NCBI RefSeq assembly: GCF_000002075.1
Contig: NW_004797308.1
Location: 240,342-304,341 of the forward strand
Source of the DNA: Aplysia californica
Taxonomy: Eukaryota
DNA: 64,000 nucleotides
Direction of reading: 5' to 3'
Position 1 is the first letter of the stretch; each line of letters starts with the position of its first letter. The notes under the pieces are model-generated. The model had not been told where the DNA came from, searched no databases, and saw nothing but the letters and a program-made list of their open reading frames with translations. The position numbers and the translations under genes were made by a program. This document shows, one piece after another, positions 50,198 to 62,700 of the stretch.

Positions 50198-51579
50198 TTA
50201 AAAACGAGGAACCTATTTCGACATTAAGTGATCAAGTGATGAAGCAAGCACTTCGACAAGACAGAGGGCCCACAGTTTCAATATCTCACGATATTATAAC
50301 ACGTGCTTGAAAACTCGTCCAACGATGAAGGCGAATTAGATCAATACTATGGGTGCAGTAGTAATAATATAGAAAGCAATGACAATGATGCTTGTGATGA
50401 AGATTCAAATATGGAATTAAGCCCAAGCCTGGGTCTAAGAGCGGAGGTAGAGAATGTGGTTCTGCAACAGCTGGTGAGGGGTGATGTGGGCAGGGATCCA
50501 TGATGGACTTTAAATTATTGGTATACCAAACAAGAATACTCGCATTGGTTTGAAGGTAAATCTCTTACACATATTATGATCAAATTTTATACTTTTCTTT
50601 TCTTCTATTCATCATTTGTTTGCTATCACCATCCATCGGTTTTTGTTATCCATTTGTGTTCTTGAAGTTCTTGCAGACTTTTGCTCAAAAGGCCAGGTTC
50701 AAAAAAGTTTTATAGGATCAGGAGGTTAATTAGTTCTTACAGCTGTCCTTTAGTGATATGAATATGAGAGCAATAAATGTTCACACCATCTACTTTCTCT
50801 ATTATTTTTTTGTCTACAACCAGCCAAATTTTCCTAAAATATCATATACTTGTATATTTGTATGCGTGCCACACTCTCCCACCACCCCAAAGTCCCTTTG
50901 TGAACTTTGGGGTTTCAAAGAATATGAAAATAATGTGTCACACAAGTGTATAATAATCATACAATTCACAATGTGTAAACTAATCATTAGCGTGTACATA
51001 ACAATGTATTAAACAAATAAGGCAAAGCATGGAGATAAATACATAAAAGTGAATATATAATAATACCCGCTTAGCTGTGTATCATAAACAAATAAAGGCT
51101 ACATGGTCAAAAGGTACAAATAATATTGTCATTACACATTTAATGATATATAAGTAGGCCAATATATAAATATATATGTTAAAAAAATATTGAAAGTTAT
51201 GCAGTTTCAACGCTAGCCCTCATTCAGTTTGCAACTCGAAATTTTCAGCTTCTTTCCTTCTGAAACAGTTATTTTGTAACCGTGAACACTCAGTAATTTT
51301 GCCTCGTTCATTATACATCTTGGAGCTTTTAGCCATTTTCCCTTTAAAACAGTTATTTTGTCACTGGGAACAGTCAGTCATATACTCTGCCTCTAGGAAG
51401 ATACAAGGAATCAGTCATTTTCTTACCTAGAAAAATCCTTTGTTTCACCTCTGGGGAAAAGTCACATTACTTCTGGGAACAAACAAAATGTCAGTTGTGT
51501 CACGACGCGGCGGAATCAGGCGCTCGTCAATTTTTTGACATATGAAGTTATTGGTATCATAATTTTAAAGCTTGTTCAT

Positions 51580-51945
51580 TTGTCTTCATCCTCATCAATG
51601 CCTTTCACCCCTGGCAGGGTATAGGCCACATACAAGCTCCTTCCGTTTACCTCTGTCCTGGGCCATCCTTCCTAGTTCGTTCAAAGTGAGCTTCATCTCT
51701 TTCATGTCCCTTTCCACGCATCTCCTCCATGTTTCTCGTGGCCTACCCCTGATTTGTGCTCAAATGAAAAGCTCCCCCTCTTTCATTCGCTTCTGTCCAG
51801 ACTGGTTCAAGAGGGTCTCGCTGATTCCCAGTATGTGAAGGTGGTATCAGTGCATTTCTTAGAGGACCTGTGCAGTTTTTCCAGCTTCATAAAGGGTCCT
51901 AACGTTCCACGATTCAATCCGGAGAGACTTGGACTTGGATGATGG
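51580..51945 (-). mobile_element. Internally deleted RTE LINE (APE N-terminus joined to 3' end), nested in a TIR element
   Basis: Minus strand reads IESWNVRTLYEAGKTAQV...LHILGISET...QSGQ, then directly GRPRETWRRCVERDMK, then a (tga)n-like tail. Confidence 0.8.
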
Positions 51946-53330
51946 TGTGTCTTGCTTTCGGTGAAAATAATACTCATCTCTCAGGAATAGAAGTAGAGAT
52001 ATTTTCTATTAAAAGAGGTGGGGGTCGCCTCATTTCAGAGATAAAATAAGCAAAAAAATGGCCACCAAAGATTGGAGATTTCCAAAGCTTCAAAGTCCTT
52101 AGAAACTAAATTTACATTTTTGTGCCTTAAATCAAAGTTTTTCAGTAAAATCCGTACAGAAATGCATCTTTAAATGGACCTTAAAGGTGCTGAGTCCAAA
52201 AAAAATAAAAATTCAATAAAAATAGCCGAAGGGAAAGAAAAGTGCCAGTTTCTTTGATTTCATTATTTTGAAAAGCGCCTGATTTCACCACAATGCCTCA
52301 CATTTTGCCTTTTGAATGAAACAGTCCCCCCCCCAAATAGACCCATCTCTTCGTGGTGGGGGGGATTAGTACTCTTCAAATAGGAAAAGAAAAAGAGGAA
52401 GCTAACGGGTCAAGGGGTGACCCTGAAAAGAGACATATTACTTTACTATGTTTCTTACTCTTTCTATTTATTGTTTTTATTGTTTTACTTTATTACATTT
52501 ATTAGCTTTTCTTTTCTCCTCTCTCCATCGACAACCTTTCTTTGACCTGGAGTTGGGACGGGTATTGGTGGGGTGGAAAGCAGAGGTTCATTGTCAGCAC
52601 TGTACTGGATATGACTTTATGTAGGGAATACCCAGCTACATACATGTATTAAGCATGCACTTATCGGAGAGCCCTATGACTGTGGAGAAGGTGCAGAGAC
52701 CATTTGCGTCTTGCTTGTTGACAACATTAACCCTCTGGAATCTGCCATGCCTTCCCCTGCCCCCATCTCTCGGATGAGAGGAATTGGTTGCTCTGAGAGG
52801 AGGGGGGGGGGGGGGGAAATCTAGCTTCCAATTGGTATTATTATTACTATTAGTATTATTATGATTATGTTATAATTTTTGTATTTCAACAACACACAGC
52901 AACTATGCTCTTAATAGTGTCTTTCTCTTCTTTATCTCCTTAAAAAACTTCTCAACATAATACAACAGACACCAACATACCCATTCATTTTTCTTACAAT
53001 CTGTCTGTGATGGAGTTGGGTTTTTGTTTGTGGCATTGCACCTACAGCCACTGCTTTATCTCCTACCCTGGGATGGAAGGAAAATCACAGAACCACCAGT
53101 TTTAGAAGCTATTCACAAATAATAGAATCCCATACGAGCTGAGACGCTGCCTCGGTAATCAAGGTCTCCCCCAGGTCTTAGTGGGCAACCAAGCTGGCCT
53201 GGTGGATGGTTATTGGAAGAAAAAGAATGAAACAGTCAATTTGTTTCTGGGATAAACCTGCAATGTACTTCTGAGTGAGAGAAAATGTTTTTCTTTAGTG
53301 AAGAACCAGTCATTCTGCTTCTGAGAACAA

Positions 53331-53701
53331 CTATTTTTTATCAGGGAACAAATCAGAGTATACTGGGGGAGGGGGAACTTGTGATGGAGGCAGAACTGAG
53401 CTGCTTTGGTCATTCAGATCTGTGACATCATTAAGAGGAGGAGCAGACGCATGAGATGGTCCAGCCTCTGGCTCTTCAACCGTCAGCTTGTCAGAACGTG
53501 AGTTTGACCGCGGACAGGCTATTGCTACTTCCACAGTTGTGTCTGCTGCCGAAGGTTCTACTAGCTGGTTGACGCTGGTATCTGCTGTGGTGTTGAGGGG
53601 TGTATCCATCGCAGCAGACTGTGTGGCATTGTAGGATACAAGTGGTGTTTGACTTGCTAATGGATCTCTGTTGTAGAAAGGTCGCATTTGCGCACTGTTA
53701 C
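53331..53701 (-). CDS. Gene B last coding exon: cytoplasmic tail ending VPPPPVYSDLFPDKK
   Basis: ttttgtag acceptor, open frame to stop, terminal motif nearly identical to gene A. Confidence 0.9.
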
Positions 53702-56700
53702 CTACAAAACAAAAAACAAAAATGTACTCTCAGGTATCTGGAAAATATTAGTCTCAGTCTGCCTTGATTAAATTAAGCGAAGACAAAATCATTTTTGACT
53801 TTACAGGCCTGTTGTGACAATTTTAAAAAAATTGTATAAGAAAATTTGTCATGAAGTGCTTAAGTAAACAGAGTAAAATCATGATTTTAGAATCTACTTA
53901 TCCACATCCATTGCAAATCAAGTTATAATAACAAGCAACCAAGAAAACGGCTGAGAAAAACAGACCATGCCATATCAAGTAGCAAGAAAAGTAGTGTGCA
54001 TGACACACTGTATTTTTTACTTTTTTAATGCCTTACTGTAAAACTTTCCCAAACCAGGGCACTAAGTACTCCAGTCAGACATTTATAGGAAATGTGTTTG
54101 AGGTGACGAGCAAAAGACTCCCCTCAAATTAAAAACTGGAATTTCACTGAGCCTGTCACAATCAGAAGGCACAAAATGTATAAGAGAAATGAAAAAATTT
54201 AAGCTATACTAACCTCCTTTTCTGTTGGAAGTATTATCTCCCTCACGGGAGTACCTCTTAGTAAGGCTGCCTTTGCCTTTTATACACATGTAATAAATAA
54301 TGAACAGAATGAACAGAAAAGTCAACACAGCCACAATGATGATTTTTGTAACCAAGCCATCACTGTCGTCTTCATCTGCATCAACATCCTCTTTTTCACC
54401 AGGGTAGCTTGATTTAGGGTAGTCTGGGTTCCGATTATAATTCCTTTTCGTCACTGAAAACAAATATCACAGGCAAAAGAGAAACATCAAAATCAAGAAA
54501 ACTACAATGGAGAGCAGGAAACTATAAACCACAAAGAGCAATTACAATTAGCAATTATTAGAACAGTAATAACCTAGAACTTCTTTTTAAAAACTATAAG
54601 GTCTAAGACAGCAAAGATATCATTTCTCTCTAAAAATAGGTGTAAGAGTGAAAATTAAAGATATTCACTTTCTTCATTTGATCTGAAGAGCCCTAGAAAG
54701 TAAATGCGCCTACAACTGGAGACACTCCAACTTTAGAATCAGCAAGAGATGACAGAGAGACATTTTGTGAGTCCTTGAGAACTCCCAAAACATATCACTC
54801 TTCCAAACTACACACCATGCTCTAGACAGGTGACAAAACATTTCCTTTTCATTCTTCATTGTAAACAAAGGTTTTCAAAAAAGTAGGGAAGGGAAAAATC
54901 ATACCATTGAAGCTATACTTGAGAAGAAATGAGTGACGGTAGCCATTTCCTTCACACTTCTGGCTGTTCTTACAAGGCTTTATTTTTAACTCTGCTTCTG
55001 TGAAGCCCAAGATAAGTATACAGTACTCCTTTCCAACGTTTGGTTTCGACGTGTGGTTGAATTCTCTGTCAGTTCATAAGAGAGAAAAAATTAATTCAAT
55101 TCCTTTAACACTGATAAAAAAAGGCTGAAATTATAATGCAATGATACGTAAAAATTAGTTGCATTGCAGGTTGAAGATCAAGCAGTCGACTATCCCTGAG
55201 GTTTAGCTGGGGAATGAAAAGAAAGAAGAAGACAAGGCTCATTTTATGGGTGCCTTTTGCTATAAATTCAATATTTCCGTTCCAGAGTCACATGTTATAG
55301 TACTATTGTTTTCTTACAAGTTAATTACTTGTTGAATGATTGGTTTACCTTTCACTATCTACCAAATATGGTGGAAAAGAAGTGGCCACAAATCAATGAG
55401 ACCACAGAGTTCTGCCCACAAAGCCAAGTAAGAGCTGGTGGTTCAAATGGGGTCAGGGACTAAAAAGCAAGAGGAGACAATTTATTTACAGGCTCAGGTG
55501 TGAACCGAAGTATATGATGTGCGTCCAACAAGCTGGGGCAAAGGCCGACCTGCTTGACAGGAAAATCAAAGTCAGACAAAGAACCAGAAAGAAATGAGGC
55601 AAGACATAAAAAACTTTCCTACAATAGGAACATAATCAGCATATTCGTGGCCAGGAGCCCATACTTAAATCATGCCATGACCTGATAATAAGGCTGTAAA
55701 AAGTTACATTTTAATAGTTAGCTTACATTATAATCAAAGCTTGTGACTGCCAATGAGAGAGGCCTGAAAGGGGTGAAAGATGTATTTATGCGCCAATAAA
55801 ACAGTTTTGAGAGTTGTGGACACTGCTCTTTGGTGATTTCATGAACGTTCATAAGGCTTACATGATCTATGGGTGAATTTGACTGCGATATATTCCCAAA
55901 ATTAAAGAAGGGAAGCAGTGATATTTGATAATATAGATGCTTCACCCCTGTCAACAAGAAGATACATATTGCTAGCAGCATGATTCAACGGAAGTGACGA
56001 AATTTTCGAAAATCACTTTTTGATCCATTTATGTAGTACAGCCTTTTGATACACCTAATGTTAAAATCCCGAATTTGAAAGATTACTGCAAAGTGTTTTC
56101 AATCCTTCAGTAAATCAATTGCCTATATCACACAGGTCCCCAATTTCCATGTGATTCAACCGCCCAAGTGCCAGTTTTGCAGCAGCCGGTTGAGGTGTTC
56201 ACCTGTCGTGTTGGCGGCGTGACCCACACGACTGTGGCCTTTGTCAAAACAGACTAAGGATAATATCAAAACAACCTTTGCTAACCTTGACTCAGATCAA
56301 ACCTTATCAATAGCCAGAAGATTTTGTCAAGGCAGTTTGCTTAATTTATAACGAGGTTTGGTAGTGTAGTTGAGAAAGGGCAAGATGGCATCAATTAATA
56401 TATGTTAATACTGACTCTACCATGTTGGTAAATTGTGGCACAAGCTACTGACTCATGGATTTTTAAAAAGTGTATGATTGACAGCTAAGGGGCGCTTATT
56501 TCACATTCGGTACAACAGCTGGAAAATATTTTTATCATAATTTTTCATGCTTCTTAATTTACTTTAAGAGTGCGCCCCTTGCTGTGTCCGTCAGGTAGCA
56601 TTCTTGAATCATTGATTAGTTAGCCAGTGTTGGGTAGATGATGTTTAATTTGTCACTCGAAAAAAAAAAAGCAACTCATTAACATATCCGCCCTGAAAAT

Positions 56701-59700
56701 TCTCTCTTCTACAAACCTTCAACTTCAACTCTCAAGCTCTACTCTTCAATTTGAAACAAATCTCATACAATCTACCTATATGCAAAATGATAAGTTTGAA
56801 TACAACTGCCCTCACACAGTGGTTATTTCTGACTTTTAATATTGCAACGACAGTTTACGTGACTTAGAGATGGGAGCTGCACGACTGTCATATTAGCGGA
56901 GAGCAGAAAAGAACAAGCCATTCTGTGTAAGTAATTCTTCGACAAACTTAACAAAATTGCTTTCCCATTGCTACAGACAGAATATTGGCAAAATCTATCT
57001 TGACTATCACTTTCAAAGTCTCAGAGCCCTTTACCTCTTTATCTCCAGCAAGCCGCTCCCAGCGGCTCACAGTCAGAACATTCCTTTATGACGACTTCAA
57101 CATCAAATTACTTTTCGGCAATTGCAGAAAACAGGTTTCTTTTACCGGACGTTCATTCATTTGATGAAGTACTATCATAATAGGTTCGCTAGTTTAGATT
57201 TAATGACCCATTTAGTGACGTTTTTTTCCATTTTAGAATTAGTACCAAAAAAGGGCCCTGGCGTAGTGGGTTTACCCCCATCAGAGATAAAGAGTTACAG
57301 AGAGTACCAAAGAAACCTGAAAGAGTCACTTAGAGAGAGATATTAAAAAGTAGCAACCTGTTGCTGTATGTGTCAGAAGGATCAATGTGATGTAAGCAAG
57401 GTAGGAGAAAGAATCTAACATGAAGCTTGCACAAAACCAAGTGGATGGGACCAGGACTTGAAGCGGATTTACTGTTAGTATGGCGTTGAATGAATTTGGT
57501 GCACTATAACATAACAGGACCAAATAAGCTGTCTATTTTTTTTTTAACTTGGTAAGCAAAGATGTGAAGTGTCATGTTTGGCACCAAGGAGAAGGATCAT
57601 TGATTGCCAATGAAATCTCTTCTTGTGTCAGTAACTTCCTGGAGGATCCTGCAGATGCTAATTAATACGCCCCGTTCATTATATACAGAGATGGCTGTAC
57701 TTATCAGACCACAACGCTATCTTGCCAAATGCAATCAGTGACATTTGTACCAGATAGAGCAAAATTGGTGAACACCAATACTTTGAAAAAGAGAAAATGC
57801 AAATGGAAGTGGATAGCACACACAGTGTAATTGAAAAATGGTCTGGTCAATGTGCTCATGGATAATCTTGAAAGTTTTTAAGAAAACAAGACAATATCAC
57901 CCCCCCCCCCCCCCTTCCCCTTTGATGTTCGGTTTCTGGACCATTCAGACCACACTGAAACAAAAACGACCCTGTTGTCACACACAAACGTTTGTTGCCT
58001 TTGATACACACTGAACAAAAACAAATTGAATGTTAAGGTGAATGGTCTTTTTTAACGACTCCATGAGGCTCAAAACAGTCCTGCCTCATATGGCCCAACC
58101 AAATAACTGAAATAATTACTCTTAACTTTATAATTACTCTTACATTCATTATGATTTTCTTTAGTCAATAACTCAAACAACCAAGTAATCATTGGCACTC
58201 ATCTGGTGACGTTGATTAAAGTGATTCAAACACCTAGATGCTGTCATACTGTCACTTAAGTGGTTGAATCACGCAGATTTTGGTAGGTCTAAACCGCCTA
58301 GGTCCAGTAACTTATGTAAGAAAGTTTTTGTTTTTTTAAAGTTAGTTACAGACCAGCATCCTACATCATATATCTGAATTTCAGCTTCATAGGCACGAGT
58401 ATAAAGAAATAAAACAGTTTTTTGCTTCTCCTGAAAAATTTGTCTCTTGGCACTTAGGCAGTTGAATCACGCAGTCATGGACAATGATAATTTTAAAACA
58501 TAATGAAGGGTTATTGGTAGGTACATTCATAGAATCTTAATTGAGGAAAATGTTAACAAAAGTAATATGGTACCATAAGAAACGAACTTCTAATACCAGA
58601 CCAAGGACAGCATACATCTATCCAGATTTCACATCATAATCACATCATAACAAAAACAAACAGAGACCTCCTCAAGTAACTAGCCCCAACAATGTTTTAT
58701 TCACTTGTTGTACTGCATCTTCTAATCTCCCCAGAACATGTTGGACTGTACCAAAGAGTCTACATAACAAGAGGGGCCACTTCTCTCTTTGAGCCAATTA
58801 AAAAAGTGTCCTCAAAATTCGGTGGCTCCCTCTTCGCAAAAGCGCACCTTTAACGAACAGAGTTTTCCTACTTGAGTTTAAAAAATCAAAGTGAAACTAG
58901 CAAGTTTTTGAATTAATTTCGGAAGAACGCTTTTTTAAAATGGTTACGCTGACAAAAAAACCTCTTCCGGAGGAAAGGGTGATTGTTTTCTTCGTTTAAT
59001 TTGACTTTAGAATGAAAGGCGAGAGGTCATTAAAATTTAAAAAAAATAAAACTCCGCACTGAACGAACCCGAACTGCTGATGAACAGCAGTCGATCTGCG
59101 CACGCAAGGAGGTGCTATTCCTATTCTTCTTCTGGAAAAACGAAAGAGAGCTTCAAAACAGACTGCAGCGCCATCTGAAGCAAAGAGCATACTTCCTGCG
59201 GACACTTTTTTGGCTGAGTGGCCCATCTTGTTATTTACTATCTTTGACTGTACACCATATTGGCCATTACCTTTGCGGTTCCTGCAGACTTACCTTTGGC
59301 CATATAATGCAGAGGGTTCAACAAGAAGCCCAGCACCACCAACAGGGAAATGTGCACTGAGAAATGTGAAACAGATCCTTGCCACATCATCCATAAGAGA
59401 AATAAAGTGAGCCACTGTGAGATTACAGAAAGAAGGACTGTCAAGCTGTTCCATCTCGCCATAATGTGACATGACCATTCCACTTTTTGACCGTATCAAA
59501 CGTATGCCTTTTGAACACTTGTCTCTCAACGAAACTGAAACAATACGAAGACAAAAAAACAAAACTTAGAGAACATTCAGCAAGAGTAGCACAAATGCTT
59601 ATCAGATATTGTAATAGGTTTTGAATCCAGACTTGTCAATAAAAAAAAGTCACTCCCATTCTACATATTGCAACCTAATTTATAATGAATTCTTGAATTC

Positions 59701-62700
59701 TGACATAACAAAGACCCGCAATCAACGAAAAGAAGCCGATATCGAGTTTGACAAGCAAGGGATTATCAGTTATCAAACTAGAAATATCATATTACATTAC
59801 ATCAGATACAAACTACAAACTAAAGTATTTTGAATGAAAAAAAAAAAAAGGAAAGGTGATACAAAGTGTAAGCCAACTCAAGAAAGTGACAAAAGAGATA
59901 AATACAACTACACAAAGAAATCACATGTGGATCTGGGAGAGAGAAAAAGATATAAATATTTTCATGACATGTAAGGGAAGGATGTACTCCAACAGAATTC
60001 AAATATAGATCGAACTTAAAATTAGAGAAACTGAATAAATCGTAAGTCTTCCTGACAATTATGATGTATGTAACTTCTCACTGAAAAAAAATAAATTTGT
60101 AGAATCAGTTTATAAACTAATCGGCCTTAAACCTCTTTGAATAACAATAATTATCCCATAATCAAGATTATAGAAAATGATGATCAAGATCTAAAAAGGC
60201 CTCTGTTTGAGCATACTCATATGTGAGACATCAAGTCAAGGTGAAATCAGGCACTCGTCAAAATAATGAAATCCGAGAAATCTGCATTTTTTTTGGCCGT
60301 TGGCCAATTTTTTTCACCTTTTTTTTTTAGACTCAACACCTTTTATGTCCATTAAAAGCACATTTCTGAGAGGATTATACGGGAAAACATTGATTAAAGG
60401 CACAAAAGATGTAAATTTTCAGTTGCCAAGGACTCTCAGGCTATGGAACTTAAGGGGGGGGGGGGGGGGGGCTACACCTGGAGGCTATCTCGCTTATTAC
60501 TGGACCGAATTTTACCAACTTTCACACATATAACAAGCATATAGTAAGGAATTTAAAAATCCGCAATCAAATTTGAGAAAAAAGTTTCGTTTCCATGGAT
60601 ACGCCGCCATATTGGATTTTATTGACATGTCTTACGTAATGAATACCGCACTTATCGCTAATGGAAATTGATTGTTTTTTTGCATGCGTGTTCACAAACA
60701 TTAGATCTAAAATTTTGTCTGTTGTTTTTTTCCTAAACGAATTTGAAAATTTTTAATGAATTTTTTGCTGAGGTAGCATTCAAGTTTGCGAAAAATCCAT
60801 GAAAATCCACACTCCAGACACCACCAACAAAAATCTATTCCATATATCAAAAATTCAACAGACACATTTTTAGTATTACCTCTTCTCTTCACTCTGTGAA
60901 AATTTCATGAAGATTGGATGAAAATGGTGGAGTTATTCAAAAAAGTATAGAGAAAAGTCGCGTTTTGAGAAAACGGCCAATAAAGAAAAATAAAATTCTG
61001 ACTTTTGGAGGAAATGGCGGTTACAAACATGCCCGGTATGGGAAAAAATACGGTTTTTGGGGGTTCTTTTGCGATGACATAGTTGTAGGAGAGGCTGAGG
61101 AAGCTAAAAATGCCTACAACTCAAATTCCATGATTTTGAGCCGAATTTTGACTTCGGGGGTGTAGCCCACCCCTTAAGTTACCAAACTTTGGCAGCCATT
61201 TTCTCGCTAATTTTACTTCTTAAACCAGGCGAACCTGACCTCCTTCAATCGCTAATATTTAGACTTTTATTCAACATAGACGGATATTTGTTTCACCGAA
61301 AAGAAGGCAAATGAACAGGCTTTAAGATGATACTGATAACCCCAAATGCCCAAAAACAATGAGCTCTTGATTCTACCGCGTCGTGGCAGGTGTTTAAGCA
61401 AAGGAATCAGGCGCTTGTCAAATTTTAGGCTTGTGGATTTATTAGTATCATCTGAAAGCCGATTTATTTGCCTTGTTTATAAAGGGAATAAATATCTATC
61501 CATCTTGAATGGAACTTAAGATATCTGCGATTGAAGGAAAAGAGGTCGCCTGGTTTCAGTGGTGAAATTAGGGAGAAAATATGACAGCCAAAGTTTGGTA
61601 ACTCCTTAGCAATGTTTTTCAGTAAAATTCCATGGAAATGTGCTTTTAAATGGACATAAAAGAGGTTGAGCCAAAAAATAAAAATTTGATAAAAATTTCC
61701 AAACTGACAAAAAAAATGCCTGTTTCTCCAATTTCTGTATTTTTAACGAGCGCCTGATTTAGCCATGTTGCCTTACATATATTTTTGCAATATTCATTCT
61801 GTATAATACAGCTGGCTGATGAATATTTCTTTGTACGTTTGTACTAAAAAAAACCCTGACACATCCAAGGAAATGAAGGAGGAGTGTTAAGTAATATATA
61901 TGCCCAGACTATGAAGTATGTACTGTACAACAAAGAAACTTGAAGAATGTGATTTTTATCCCTCTGGAATACTGCATGTGGAGTTTTGGGAAAATTCAAT
62001 GAGCAGTGTGAACTTCAGAGCACTTTCAGAGAACTAAGTTCTTGAATACCATAAGATAACGCCATCTACAGTGTTAAAAATCATAGTGGAATCTTTTGAC
62101 CTTTTGAATATGGAAGTGGTTATTCTCAACCCGGGTGAGATAACCTATATGTCTCGCAAACCTCACCCCCTCCCTTGTTTTACCGGAAGTGACCCAAGAG
62201 GGATCAGGGCAGAGGTTACCGGGGCTTCCACAGAATCGTGTTGGTATCTGAACAGACATACATCTAGATCTAGATATCCAGTCACAGTGAGGGTTGTCAA
62301 ATTGGAGCCAAATTCCAAAAAATTTGTCTCTTTTAGATCGCGTCTGGCCTGGAGAATTTCATTTGGCTCTCTGGCTCCTTATTTGGCTCCAAACTCCAAA
62401 TGTTGAAGAAGAAGGGGACAGAAGAGGCAAGAAAAAAAAGAAAAGAAAAAGAAAGAAAAGACAAAAAATGAAAGTGAAGAAGAGCTTGGATTGTTCAAAA
62501 TTATTAAAACTAGTTAACAAGTTTTAACGCCCTCGTCCATTTGGTCTGAATATTTACAACCCTTCAACCATTGTGCAAGAGCATAGTCTCGTCCTCGTGT
62601 CTTGTTACGTTCGTACACGCTCTGTACCTTCAACCATAATTTATTGTGTGCAGAGAGGCCAGCCATCGTTAAGTGTGTCGGTAGGGAGCCTTTTTTTTTA

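Noticed and set aside
50303-50503. Acidic 66-aa ORF
   Set aside because: Low complexity, next to piggyBac-like termini, no exon partners; probably TE-derived.
54683-54705. CTGAAGA...GAAA hammerhead-like core
   Set aside because: No pairing stems; a chance match.
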